A stretch of DNA of 64,000 bases from a virus: the IMG/VR virus record IMGVR_UViG_3300035703_000058, positions 1 through 64,000 of that record. The stretch is one strand, 5' to 3'. Positions 46,545 to 56,028 of the stretch are shown here, piece by piece. The notes below the pieces were generated by a model. That model searched no databases and was not told where the DNA came from. It saw nothing but the letters and a program-made list of their open reading frames with translations. Position 1 is the stretch's first letter, and the number at the start of each line of letters is the position of its first letter. Made by a program: the position numbers and the translations under genes.

Positions 46545-48328
46545 TCGTCCGGGAGCTGTTGGTGCGGCTCGGCGTCATCGCCGACCCCGGCAAGGTCAAG
46601 GACTTCGACGGCGCCATCGACGACCTGAAGGCCAACATGGGCGCGCTCGTGTCGGTCTCCAAGCAGGTGGTCGCGGTCGGCGCCGCGGTCGGCGCGGCGT
46701 TTGGCCTCCAGGCCGTCGCCACCGCCAGCGCCACCATCGAGATCGAGCGGCAGGCGGCGGCGCTCGGGCTCAGCACAGACGCCTACCAGGAATGGAAGGC
46801 CGCCGTGGGCGCCTTCGGCGTGGACACCAAGGACCTCGCCGATGGCTTCGGGCAGGTCGCGCAGGTCATCGGCAACGCGCAGGACGGCGCCGACAACGCC
46901 GTCAAGACGTTCAAGAGCCTGAACATCGAGATCGCCGACCTGAAAGGCAAGTCGGTGGAGGAGGTCTTCTACCTCATCGCCGATGGCATACAGGCCACCA
47001 CGGACAGCGGCGACCGACTGCGCGCGGCCAACACCCTGCTGGGCGAGCAACTTGCCCGCCAGCTCCTGCCCCTGCTCGTGGAGGGCTCAGCCGGACTCGA
47101 CGCCTATCGCCGCCGTGCCCGCGAACTCGGCGGCGTGCTGGACCGCGACGCCATCGACCGGGGCCGCGAAGCCGCGCAGGTCTTCGCCCAATTCCGCATC
47201 GTCACCCAGGGGCTCCGCAACGAGCTGGGTCTGGCCTTCCTGCCGTTGATGACGCACCTCGCCACCATCTTCGTCGAGGTGGCTGCCGGAAGCCGCGGCT
47301 GGATCGGGCAGCGCATGGAGGTCGCGGTCAGGCGGATCAGCGAGGCCCTGGAGACGCTGACACGGCACGCGGAAGAGGTCGATGTGGTCGTCCGCGAGCG
47401 GTTCGGCGGGTGGGCCAACATCCTGGAGCGCGTGAAGAGCGTCGTGGTGCTGCTCGCGACGGCGCAGGCGTGGCGCACGCTCGTCAGCGCCATCACCGCG
47501 GTGCGGGCGGGATTCGTCGCACTCACCGCGACCGGCGGGCTGCTGGCAGGCGCATCCTTCGCCACGGTGCTCGGGTGGGCCGTGGCGCTGGCGGCGGCGT
47601 TGGTGGCCCTCTACCTCGTTGTAGACGACCTGTGGACCTATTTCCGCGGCGGCGAGTCAGTCATCGGCGACTTCCTGGCCGGCTCCGAGCGCGCCCGGGC
47701 CACGCTCGCCGCGCTTGGCGACGCGGCACGCGCCGCTGGGCTATTCCTGTCGTCCCTCTGGCTGGCGACCAGGACGTACAGCGCGATCGTGATGAGCGCG
47801 CTTGGGCCCGCGCTGCCCTACCTGCAGAAGCTCGCCGACATCATTCTGACCGGACTTGGCAATCAGGCGCTTGCGAGCCTGCGCGCCTTCACCACTGGAA
47901 TGCGGTTCGCCGCAGAGGCCATCGCGTTCGTTGCGATCACGGTTCAGGAGTTGATGCGCGTGCTGGACGGCCAGCTCAGCTTCAGCGCCATGCTGGAGAG
48001 CATCAGCGACCGGACGGGAAGCCTCGTCTTTGAGGGTCGCAAGGCGCTGGATCAGGGGATCATGTCTCTACCTGGAATCGGCGCCCTCACTGGGGGTGAC
48101 ATGCCCGCGGGCTACGTGCCACCCAGTCGGCCCGCCGTCTACGTGCCCAACGCAGCACCCTTCGCACTGCAGGCGGGGTCTGCGACGCCCAGCGTGACCA
48201 CGAACTCCGTGGGCGGAAACACCAACAACTACTTCGGGCTCAGCACCCGCGACATCGAGGAATTGCAATACCGTGAGGGGCTGGTGCAGGGACGCCAACT
48301 CGCCGCGCTGGCCGGAACGGGGTTCTGA
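46541..48328 (+). CDS. tape measure protein
   Basis: MIVRELLVRLG start; Ala-rich helical; DDLWTYFRGGESVIG. Confidence 0.88.
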   Translation: MIVRELLVRLGVIADPGKVKDFDGAIDDLKANMGALVSVSKQVVAVGAAVGAAFGLQAVATASATIEIERQAAALGLSTDAYQEWKAAVGAFGVDTKDLADGFGQVAQVIGNAQDGADNAVKTFKSLNIEIADLKGKSVEEVFYLIADGIQATTDSGDRLRAANTLLGEQLARQLLPLLVEGSAGLDAYRRRARELGGVLDRDAIDRGREAAQVFAQFRIVTQGLRNELGLAFLPLMTHLATIFVEVAAGSRGWIGQRMEVAVRRISEALETLTRHAEEVDVVVRERFGGWANILERVKSVVVLLATAQAWRTLVSAITAVRAGFVALTATGGLLAGASFATVLGWAVALAAALVALYLVVDDLWTYFRGGESVIGDFLAGSERARATLAALGDAARAAGLFLSSLWLATRTYSAIVMSALGPALPYLQKLADIILTGLGNQALASLRAFTTGMRFAAEAIAFVAITVQELMRVLDGQLSFSAMLESISDRTGSLVFEGRKALDQGIMSLPGIGALTGGDMPAGYVPPSRPAVYVPNAAPFALQAGSATPSVTTNSVGGNTNNYFGLSTRDIEELQYREGLVQGRQLAALAGTGF

Positions 48329-48912
48329 TGCCCACCGCCCTCTACGCCGACGACGGCACCTTTCTGCGCTTCGACGGCACCGCCACCGTGCGGGTCATCG
48401 CCGCCGACTCCGTGACCCGCCACCCCACCGAGCGCGGCGTCACCATCACCGACCACGTCCAGCGCGAGCCCCTGAGCGTGTCCATCGTGGCCACCGTCAC
48501 CGAGAGCCCACTGCAGGAGCAGTCGGAGGTCAGCGGGGCCACCGCGGGCCTCACCGGCGAGGCCCGCCCACGCGCTGCGATGGACTGGCTCAACAGCCAC
48601 CGCGGACAACGCCTGACCCTCGTCAGCGACGGCTACGACGACCTCGACGACCTCGTGCTCGTGCGGGTGCCCAACGAGGTCACCGCGAGCCGCCAGCGCA
48701 TACTCAGCTTGGAGCTGACGCAGATCCTGGTGGCGTCGGTCGAATACGTCGCCATCCCGCCCGAGCTGCCCCCGGCGGCCACCGCACACGCCTTCGCCGA
48801 CGCCGCCGATCTTGGCGAGCAGGGCACCATCTCAGGCACCGACGACACCGCCCAGCAGGCCCGCGACGTGTCGGCCGCAAGCCTCCTGTTGACCTACATC
48901 GGAGGCGGGTGA
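48328..48912 (+). CDS. baseplate / tube-initiator (Dit-like) protein
   Basis: VTRHPTERG..ITDH. Confidence 0.75.
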   Translation: MPTALYADDGTFLRFDGTATVRVIAADSVTRHPTERGVTITDHVQREPLSVSIVATVTESPLQEQSEVSGATAGLTGEARPRAAMDWLNSHRGQRLTLVSDGYDDLDDLVLVRVPNEVTASRQRILSLELTQILVASVEYVAIPPELPPAATAHAFADAADLGEQGTISGTDDTAQQARDVSAASLLLTYIGGG

Positions 48913-49277
48913 TGGCGACCTCGATCCTGCCCGGCTACCCGAACCTGCCCGAACACAGCTACGTCGTCACGCTGGGCGAGGCCCGTTACCGCGTGACGCT
49001 GATCTGGCGCGAGCGGCCCGCGTCCTGGTACATGGACCTGCACACCCAGGATGGCACCGAGCTGGTGCTGGGCAAGCGGCTCGCCCCGGGTTGGTCTCCG
49101 CTGGCCGGCGCAGACCTCGGAGAGCACGCCCCCGATGGGCTCCTCTACTGCCGCGGCCCGGACAACTACAGCCGCATGGACCTCGGAGACACGCTCGTGC
49201 TGGTCTACGTGCCGCAGGAGGACATCGACGCCGCCACGACCGTCGAGGCGAGCGCGCTCACCTTCGAGGTGGCCTGA
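48912..49277 (+). CDS. baseplate plug-like protein
   Basis: W.ER..SWYMDL; LG....LVY. Confidence 0.7.
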   Translation: MATSILPGYPNLPEHSYVVTLGEARYRVTLIWRERPASWYMDLHTQDGTELVLGKRLAPGWSPLAGADLGEHAPDGLLYCRGPDNYSRMDLGDTLVLVYVPQEDIDAATTVEASALTFEVA

Positions 49278-50089
49278 TGGTGCCCTTCGGGCGTCAGGTC
49301 ATCCTGGAGTTCGGCTTGCCCGGGCAGCAGGGCCGCCGCTTCCGGGACCTGTCGGTCACCTTCCGGGTGGAGATGACGCAGACAGCGACGCCCAACACGG
49401 CCCGCATCGTGGCCCGCAACCTCGCCGCCGACTCCGTGGCGCTCCTGCAGCGCGACGGCGTGGTGGTGCGCCTGCTGGCCGGCTACGACGCCCCCCGCCT
49501 CGTCTTCCAGGGCGAGCCCGTCCGCAACGGCGTCGATGAGCGCTATGAGGGCACCGACCGCGTCCTGACGCTTGACCTGCAGGACGGCGGGCGCAGCTAC
49601 CGTCTGGGCCGCGTCTCGGTCTCCTACGCGACCGCGACCACGCTCGGGCAGGTGCTGGACGCCGTGACAGACCAGCTTGGCTTGCCGCTCGGCACCATCG
49701 ACGTCGATCGCACGGTCGGGCTCGGGCGCGGCATCGTGCTCCGCGGCCCAGCCCGCGACGTGCTGGACCAGATCGCGGAAGCCTCCGACGCCCGCTGGTC
49801 CATCATCGACGGCGCCCTGAACATCATCGCCCGCACCGGCAGCCTGGCGGACCAGGCCGTCGTCTTCTCGGCTGCCCGCGGCAACCTCATCGGCTCCCCC
49901 AGCCGGAAGGACGGCGGCGTCGAGGTCAAGGGGCTCATCGCCCCCAGCCTACGCCCCGGCAAGCTCTTCCGGGTGGAGAGCGCGTTCATCACCGGCGACT
50001 ATGTGGCCACCGAGGTGGACTTCATGGGCGGGCTGCGCGAGCAGGACTTCTACGTGGTCGCGCGGGGCCGCCCCCGCCGGAGCGTGTGA
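49277..50089 (+). CDS. baseplate hub protein
   Basis: PNTA.I...NL, L.AGY, WSI.DG, LIGSP. Confidence 0.8.
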   Translation: MVPFGRQVILEFGLPGQQGRRFRDLSVTFRVEMTQTATPNTARIVARNLAADSVALLQRDGVVVRLLAGYDAPRLVFQGEPVRNGVDERYEGTDRVLTLDLQDGGRSYRLGRVSVSYATATTLGQVLDAVTDQLGLPLGTIDVDRTVGLGRGIVLRGPARDVLDQIAEASDARWSIIDGALNIIARTGSLADQAVVFSAARGNLIGSPSRKDGGVEVKGLIAPSLRPGKLFRVESAFITGDYVATEVDFMGGLREQDFYVVARGRPRRSV

Positions 50090-50766
50090 TGCACCAGAAC
50101 GACGCGCTGCTGGGTCTTGTCCGCGCCGAAGTCGCGCGGGTCCACACCACCTTCCCCGGCGTAGTCGTGCGCTACGACCGCACCCGCCAGACCGCCGCCG
50201 TGCAGATCGTCCCGCGGTTCCGCTGGCGCAACCCCGACACCGATGAGCTGGTGTTCGAGCAGGTCCCGCAGCTCCCGGACGTGCCGATCCTCTTTCCGGC
50301 GGGCTCCGGCGTGTCACTGGTCTGGGATCTCGCCGCGGGCGACCCGGTGTGGGTGGTGGTGGCCGACCGCTGCATCGCCGAGTGGAAGGCGACCGGCAAC
50401 GCCGACACCGAGCCGCAGACCCCCCGGCGCTGGGACTTCTCCGACGCCGTGGCCTTTCCCGGTGGCGCCTGCCCGGCGGACCCGCTGTCCGGCACGGCGC
50501 TCCCGTCGGCGGCGGGCATGGTGGTCCTCAAGGGTGGCGACGTCCGGCTGGGCAGCTCGGCGGCGGTGTCGGGCGTGGCGCTGGCGCCGTTGGTGGAGGC
50601 CCAGCTCACCACGCTGGAGACGGCGCTACAGACGGCGCTCACCGCGGGCATTGCGGCCGGCGGCGGCGGCGTAATCGCTGCGCTCACCGCGATGCAGACG
50701 GCGCTGACGACGGCGCTGGCGGCGTGGCCATCCACCACCGCGGCGACGAAGGTCAAGGCGGAGTAG
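50086..50766 (+). CDS. Gp138-like baseplate spike
   Basis: VP..FP...GD...DR.I..W; R..DFSDA. Confidence 0.8.
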   Translation: MMHQNDALLGLVRAEVARVHTTFPGVVVRYDRTRQTAAVQIVPRFRWRNPDTDELVFEQVPQLPDVPILFPAGSGVSLVWDLAAGDPVWVVVADRCIAEWKATGNADTEPQTPRRWDFSDAVAFPGGACPADPLSGTALPSAAGMVVLKGGDVRLGSSAAVSGVALAPLVEAQLTTLETALQTALTAGIAAGGGGVIAALTAMQTALTTALAAWPSTTAATKVKAE

Positions 50767-50772
50767 TCGCCC

Positions 50773-50800
50773 TTGACGCGCGGAAGCGACGCGCTACAGG
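50773..50800 (+). promoter_or_regulatory. candidate sigma70 promoter for the tRNA
   Basis: TTGACG-N16-TACAGG, 6 nt before the tRNA. Confidence 0.35.
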
Positions 50801-50806
50801 TTGTAC

Positions 50807-50879
50807 TGCGACTTGACGCAGCGGTTAGCGTGCTGGCCTCATAAGCCGGAAGTCGGTGGTTCGAATCCACCAGTCGCTA
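50807..50879 (+). tRNA. tRNA with CAT anticodon (Met or Ile2); CCA not encoded
   Basis: Acceptor (T)GCGACT/AGTCGC(T)A; D stem ACGC/GCGT; anticodon arm CTGGC-CTCATAA-GCCGG; T arm GGTGG-TTCGAAT-CCACC. Confidence 0.92.
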
Positions 50880-51239
50880 CTTCTCAGGCCGCTGGACGGG
50901 CCACGCAGCCCTCGGTCGACTGGCTGTCCCGCGCGCCCACCGCTTCGCGAGCTTCAACGCCATCGCGCCCGGACGTCGGCTGCTCGTGCTGGGCAGCACC
51001 TCAGCGGCCACGGCATTCCAGGACCCGAGCCGGACGAACGCCTCGTAGCACCGCGCCCCCGTCAAGCGCCCCGGCGGCCACGGCAGCCCGGCGAGTTGGG
51101 CGTATTCGAGGGCCAGCCGCCGGGCAGTGGCCCGGGGCACGTCCAACCGACCCGCGGCGCCGGTCAGCGAGCACCCGGCGACCATGAGCGCGTACAGGCG
51201 CTGACCGGTGTCCGGTGGATGCAGGCGCGGGCGGGTCAA
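50877..51239 (-). CDS. small HTH-like protein, last gene of the csf operon
   Basis: SLTGAAGRLDVPRATARRLA; TTGA overlap with the cysH stop. Confidence 0.55.
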   Translation of the reverse strand: MTRPRLHPPDTGQRLYALMVAGCSLTGAAGRLDVPRATARRLALEYAQLAGLPWPPGRLTGARCYEAFVRLGSWNAVAAEVLPSTSSRRPGAMALKLAKRWARGTASRPRAAWPVQRPEK

Positions 51240-52075
51240 GATACCGCCCGAACAGCCGGATCGATGTCGGCGGCGAGCTGCCACAGGTCGGGCCACCAGC
51301 GGCGCAGCCATGCGTAATGGCTGCCAATCGTCGCGGGCAGACCGCCCACGACCCACCAGCTCTTGCGCAGAGACAGCGCATCCATCCCCGGGTCAACGCA
51401 CAGATAGCAGGGCAGCAACGGCACCTGCTCGCGAACCAGGAAGGCGTGAACGTCGAGCGCGCTCCAGGCGGCGATGGGCTGGGCCACCGTGAGCCCGTCC
51501 TTGCGCCTGTAGACGCTGCCGCGGGTGGCGTTCATGGCGCGCCCCCGGCTCTCGCCAGCCCTCAGCCCGAGCAGCGCGCCATCGTAGCCATGGTGTAGAC
51601 GATGGGCGTTCAGCAGCCCATAGAAGTGCTCGGCGCTCAGCTCGGCGGTTCTGCCGTGGTGGTCGTTCAGCAGCGACCGCTGCCCGGCGAGCACCGACCA
51701 CAGCGACACACCGGGGCTCAGGATGTCCAGGTGCAGGCCAAGATGGCGGCAAAGGTGCTCGATGTAGGCCCGTTCGCCGGGGTAATCGAGGTCGTCCTTG
51801 ACGCTCACGGCGGGCGGGTGCCAACCATGCAGGGCCAGCAGCGCCGCCATGGCTGAGCTGTCCTTGCCGCCGCTCAGGCTCGCGCACCAACCCACCGACA
51901 CCGCCGCGGCCGCATCCAGCGCCCGTCGCGCGACTGTGATCTTGTGGTCCATGGCTCGGGAGCGCGCGTGCAACGCCACCGCCCGCCACGGATAGTGCAG
52001 GCCCACATCCGAACGCCCGGGCAACGCACCATCGCCGCACCAGGCGATGATCTGGCGGAGCCAGTCAGTCCTCAT
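51236..52075 (-). CDS. cysH: CysH/PAPS-reductase-like PP-loop protein (type IV-B associated)
   Basis: SLSGGKDS, LGLRAGES..R, PIAAWS..DV. Confidence 0.85.
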   Translation of the reverse strand: MRTDWLRQIIAWCGDGALPGRSDVGLHYPWRAVALHARSRAMDHKITVARRALDAAAAVSVGWCASLSGGKDSSAMAALLALHGWHPPAVSVKDDLDYPGERAYIEHLCRHLGLHLDILSPGVSLWSVLAGQRSLLNDHHGRTAELSAEHFYGLLNAHRLHHGYDGALLGLRAGESRGRAMNATRGSVYRRKDGLTVAQPIAAWSALDVHAFLVREQVPLLPCYLCVDPGMDALSLRKSWWVVGGLPATIGSHYAWLRRWWPDLWQLAADIDPAVRAVS

Positions 52076-52658
52076 CGACCATCTCCCAGGCGCCGGAGAA
52101 CTCGACGTTGCGGAACAGCTCGGCGACCCCGGTCACCTGCTTGTAGCGGTAGATGGTGTCCAGGTCCACACCCAGGGCCAGGGCGATCTGTTCGTCCTCC
52201 ATGCCCTGCTCGCACATCCGGCGTATCAGGTCGGCGTCGAGGTCCACCTGATGCACGCCGCGGGCCTTGTTGAACTGCCACGTCGCCGCCAGCCGCCGCG
52301 ACAGATCGTGCGGCAACACCACCACGGGCAGGTAGTCACAGTCCAGCCAGTCCGGCCCCAGCACCATCTTGCGGTGGGCGCCGTCGATGACCACGAACAG
52401 GCGCTGCTCAGGATCGAACACGGTGACGATGGGAAAGCAAAACCCGTTGTCGAGCACCGACTGGAGCAGCAGCTCCATCTTGTCGGGGCTCACGCTGTTG
52501 GGGTTGTAGAAATTCTCGACTACCAGCTCCGCACGAACCAGCACGGCGCGCAGGCAGGGCACCGGAATGCGTCCGCGGGTCTTGGAGGTGATGTAGGCGC
52601 CCTCCGACCCCCCAGCGCGCCACGCCTCGAAGTCGGCCATCGTGTCGATCCTGAGCAT
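52065..52658 (-). CDS. ibrB: IbrB-like ParB/Srx-domain protein
   Basis: N.YNPNSV...MELL..S...GF..PIV; IDGAHR; NKARG.H; C-terminal HTH. Confidence 0.85.
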   Translation of the reverse strand: MLRIDTMADFEAWRAGGSEGAYITSKTRGRIPVPCLRAVLVRAELVVENFYNPNSVSPDKMELLLQSVLDNGFCFPIVTVFDPEQRLFVVIDGAHRKMVLGPDWLDCDYLPVVVLPHDLSRRLAATWQFNKARGVHQVDLDADLIRRMCEQGMEDEQIALALGVDLDTIYRYKQVTGVAELFRNVEFSGAWEMVDED

Positions 52659-53791
52659 CAGAGCACCTCGGCGTAATGGGCGATGAGCGCGTCGCGGGGG
52701 TCGGCCTTGTTGTCAACCGGCAGGTTGTTCTCGTAGTCGTTGAGAACGAGCTGGCGGCATTGCTGCCGGGCCACGAACTCATTGTCCAGGTGCCCGCCGA
52801 ACCGGCGACGTAAGATGTCCGCCTTGGCCGGATCCGGGTGGGTCGCCAACAGGAAATCGCGGTAGACCCGCCACGAACGAAAGTTCTTCGGCAGCTTGCG
52901 GCATCGAAACAGCGTCGCCGCCTTGGCCGTTTCCTGCGCAAGCGCAATGCCCCTGATGCGCTTCTGCAGCCGCGCGTAGGTCTTGGGCTCAAAGGCAGGC
53001 AGGTCGGCCAGCGCGCGAAAGCTGCGCTCGTGTATGAGCGAAGACACTCGCCGCTCGCCCAGCGGGTAGCCCATCTTGTGCTGGAAGTCGTAGACCCTGG
53101 AGTACCTGAGCCCCTCCATGGCGATGTACTTCCAGACATCGTGCGCGTTCCAGTCGTAGATCGGGTAGAGCGTGACGGTGCTCGCCCGGCGTGTGCCCCA
53201 ATAGACGCGCTGGCCGTCGCCGATCTCGATGGGGTGCTTGGTGACCGCGCGCCAGCGGTTCGGGCTCTCTCCGGCGGCGCGCAGGCCGACCAGAAAGGCG
53301 TGGCCGGGGTAGCAGCGGGCGAAAGTCTCGATCACGTCGTAGAAGCCAAAGCCCTTGTTCCGGTCGCGCACGGTGACCTGCTCGGGCGCCCACGGTGGGT
53401 GCTGGATGGCGTCGCGCTCCTTTGCGCGCATCCAGGTTTTGTGCTCCCCCGGCTCCCAGGCGTTGAGCTGACCTTCGGTCAGGCTGGTCGCGTTGGTGAG
53501 GCGGAAAGGCACCTGAAGCCACAGCGGCCGCGTGTTCTCCGGGTACAGCGCCATCAGGTAGCGCACCTGCTCAACGCTGCTCTGGTACATGACCTCCTCA
53601 TCGAGCAGGTGTACGCCGATGCGCAGCCCCCGGCGGTTGGCCTCCACCAAGGCAAGATGAGCCAACACGGTGCTGTCCTTGCCGCCGCTCACGCTGACGA
53701 TCACCTTGTCGCCGAAGGCGTCGAAGACCATGCGGACACGGCGCTGGGCAGCGGCGAGCACGGTCTCACCCGTGTAGTGCTGTCGCGACAT
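52658..53791 (-). CDS. ibrA: IbrA-like PAPS-reductase-domain protein
   Basis: VL.AA..R, SVSGGKDS, DEE, GLRA..ESPNR, YPIYDW...DVW, NDY. Confidence 0.88.
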   Translation of the reverse strand: MSRQHYTGETVLAAAQRRVRMVFDAFGDKVIVSVSGGKDSTVLAHLALVEANRRGLRIGVHLLDEEVMYQSSVEQVRYLMALYPENTRPLWLQVPFRLTNATSLTEGQLNAWEPGEHKTWMRAKERDAIQHPPWAPEQVTVRDRNKGFGFYDVIETFARCYPGHAFLVGLRAAGESPNRWRAVTKHPIEIGDGQRVYWGTRRASTVTLYPIYDWNAHDVWKYIAMEGLRYSRVYDFQHKMGYPLGERRVSSLIHERSFRALADLPAFEPKTYARLQKRIRGIALAQETAKAATLFRCRKLPKNFRSWRVYRDFLLATHPDPAKADILRRRFGGHLDNEFVARQQCRQLVLNDYENNLPVDNKADPRDALIAHYAEVL

Positions 53792-54668
53792 CGCGCACCC
53801 TCCCAGCCCACGCGGTGTAACGGTCGAAGTACCAGCGGTCTACGGCGAGATCCGACACCAGCAGGGTGGCGTTGGCCTGACGGGTCACGGCCAGCGCGTC
53901 GGCGTAGTCGACGAAGTTGTGGGGGACCTCCAACAACAGGCGCGCACGGTCGTCGGCCACGTCGCGAAAGGTGGCCACATCACCACCAAGACGCTGGTTG
54001 CGGGCGAGGTAGGCGTGTCCGTTCAAGGCGCGAAATCGAGCACCACCCCCGACAAGCGCAAGGTTGCGGGGCAGGACGTGGGGGTCCTTGTCGCCGTCTT
54101 CACGCAGCTCGGCGAGCAGGCGTGCCTTCGTCGCGGCGTATGTCGCTTTGGTTCTGGCGTCGGTCTCCACAGCGCGCACGGTGAAGGCGGGCAACAGCGA
54201 ACGACCCACCACCCGCACCTCAGAGAGCATCGACGGCGCGAAGGCGTCGCGCTTCCACTTCGACCGCGTGACCCAGTCGATGAGGATCATGACGTCGTCG
54301 GGCTCGGCGATGATTGGCAAGGTCTGAAAGACCAGGACGTGCGGCGTGCGCTGGAGGTAGTTGCGCAGGCAGTTGTAGCCGAGATCGTGCCGGTTCTGCG
54401 TGCGCAATCCTTCATTGACCACGATCAGGGTGTCGGGGTCGATCCGCTCCAACAGCGGGTAGTAGTACCGGTACATGACGATGTTGGGCCAGTCGATGAA
54501 CAGGCCGGGCGCGCCGATCTCGGTGCTGGGGTCCAGCAGCTCACGATCCCAGCCAGGCAGGCAGAACCGGCGCGGCGTGAAGACGACGACCTTGGTGAGC
54601 CCGCGCTCCACCATCGTCGCGCGGATCATCTCGGCGCGCTCGACGGGGGTGTGGCCCAAGCAGATCAC
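53766..54668 (-). CDS. hypothetical protein, possibly a degenerate SNF2/SF2 ATPase-like fold
   Basis: LIVVNEGLRTQNR and VLVFQTLPII..PDDVMILIDW; GTGA coupling. Confidence 0.55.
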   Translation of the reverse strand: MICLGHTPVERAEMIRATMVERGLTKVVVFTPRRFCLPGWDRELLDPSTEIGAPGLFIDWPNIVMYRYYYPLLERIDPDTLIVVNEGLRTQNRHDLGYNCLRNYLQRTPHVLVFQTLPIIAEPDDVMILIDWVTRSKWKRDAFAPSMLSEVRVVGRSLLPAFTVRAVETDARTKATYAATKARLLAELREDGDKDPHVLPRNLALVGGGARFRALNGHAYLARNQRLGGDVATFRDVADDRARLLLEVPHNFVDYADALAVTRQANATLLVSDLAVDRWYFDRYTAWAGRVRDVATALHG

Positions 54669-55315
54669 GGGGTCACCGTGTAGCCGCGCCTGACCAACCA
54701 GGCGACCGTCCTGGCCAACCGCTTCGGGTTCAGTTCGCTCCCGATGGCGTTCAGCCCGTAGTGGTGGGCCATGCGGCTGGTCATTCCCAAGCCCATGCAG
54801 GGGTCGCACACCCAGTCGCCGGGCGTGAGGGCGAGCCCATCAAAGACGCGGCGGGTCATCGCCTCACCGTGCAGGCCGGTGGGGTCCGTGACGATGGGGG
54901 TGCGGCCGAAGTGCAGCAGCAGGTTGGGCAGCAGGCGAGAACCGCTGCCGTAGAGGACCGCGTAGCGCCCGATGTCCGGCAGCATCCACCCTGGCAGGGT
55001 GCCGGCCACGTCCAGCAGCATGCCGTGGTGCTTCGGGTTGGTCGCCTGCTCCACCAGGACGTCGTCCGCGCCCCGGGCCATGCACGCCACGGCCACCGAG
55101 CACCACGCGCGGAGAAAGGCGTCGTAGGAGTCGCACCGCTCGCGACCCGCGTGGGTGCGCCAGTAGGTCGCGTTGCCAGGGTTCCAGGGCGGATCGCTGT
55201 AGACCAGACGGACACGATCGGGAAGGTGTGCCTGATACCACGCCAGCGTGGTCGGGTCTTGCAGGTCCCCACACAGCAAGAGCTGGCGTTGCTGCCCGCG
55301 GGTGCAAACGTACAT
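54665..55315 (-). CDS. compact beta-class amino (N4/N6) methyltransferase
   Basis: LLCGD, VYSDPPW, VCDPCMGLG.T, GSELN. Confidence 0.8.
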   Translation of the reverse strand: MYVCTRGQQRQLLLCGDLQDPTTLAWYQAHLPDRVRLVYSDPPWNPGNATYWRTHAGRERCDSYDAFLRAWCSVAVACMARGADDVLVEQATNPKHHGMLLDVAGTLPGWMLPDIGRYAVLYGSGSRLLPNLLLHFGRTPIVTDPTGLHGEAMTRRVFDGLALTPGDWVCDPCMGLGMTSRMAHHYGLNAIGSELNPKRLARTVAWLVRRGYTVTP

Positions 55316-55317
55316 GC

Positions 55318-56028
55318 TCACTCCGACGGGCGCGCCTGCCAGCACGCCACCCGCTGCCCGCCGTAGTAGGGCGGACGCAGCGGCAGAAGGGTTTGGACGG
55401 TGTGGGCGGGTGGATTGGACGCCCGCCCCACGGGGAGGTGTCGGAGCCGCACATCGTCGAGGTAGTCGCCCGGGGCGGGACCGCCCACGGCGACCCGCCA
55501 GCCATCAACCCAGCCGATGCCATGGCAGCCCAACCCGCCGATCGCCGGCACCGGCGCGAGCAACCTGCCGAGCTGGTCCAGCGGCGCCAGATCCCAGCCG
55601 AGCGTGCGGTTGACCTCGCCGACGCGGGCCTCGTCCAGCACGCCGGTCCACACCAGCTCGCGGCACGCCGCCCACAGGTGCTTGCGCACGCGCAGGCTCT
55701 TGTCGGGGCCAGCCTTCATGTCCACGGGCCCGCCGGCCCGATGGCGCATGTACCAGTCCACAGGTGCCCGGCGGTGCAGGTGGTGGGTGCGTTCAGGCCC
55801 GACCGGCGCCGCCTGAGAGGCTGCCCACCACCACAGACCCCCGTCGGCGACAACCGCCGCGAACGGCAGCAGGTCCCATACACGCGGGTTGTAGGCCGGG
55901 TGGGCGACCGGGTCCAGCCGATTCAGCCACATCGCCAGCCCAACCCCCGCGAGCGCGTCCAACATCGGCGGGTTGGGCAGGTTCGGCCCGGGCGGGCGCA
56001 GCGCCGCCGTGACGGTGACCGGAATCAC
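55318..56028 (-). CDS. csf3: Csf3 (Cas5-like RAMP), type IV
   Basis: VTA.L...LDA.A; GPDKS.R; Gly-rich loop IGGLGCHGIG.V..W; C-terminal LRPPY. Confidence 0.75.
   Translation of the reverse strand: MIPVTVTAALRPPGPNLPNPPMLDALAGVGLAMWLNRLDPVAHPAYNPRVWDLLPFAAVVADGGLWWWAASQAAPVGPERTHHLHRRAPVDWYMRHRAGGPVDMKAGPDKSLRVRKHLWAACRELVWTGVLDEARVGEVNRTLGWDLAPLDQLGRLLAPVPAIGGLGCHGIGWVDGWRVAVGGPAPGDYLDDVRLRHLPVGRASNPPAHTVQTLLPLRPPYYGGQRVACWQARPSE

Noticed and set aside
51236-53791. cysH-like genes as sulfate-assimilation auxiliary genes
   Set aside because: No other cys genes, no C-terminal ECGLH motif, and the context points to type IV-B/IbrA families
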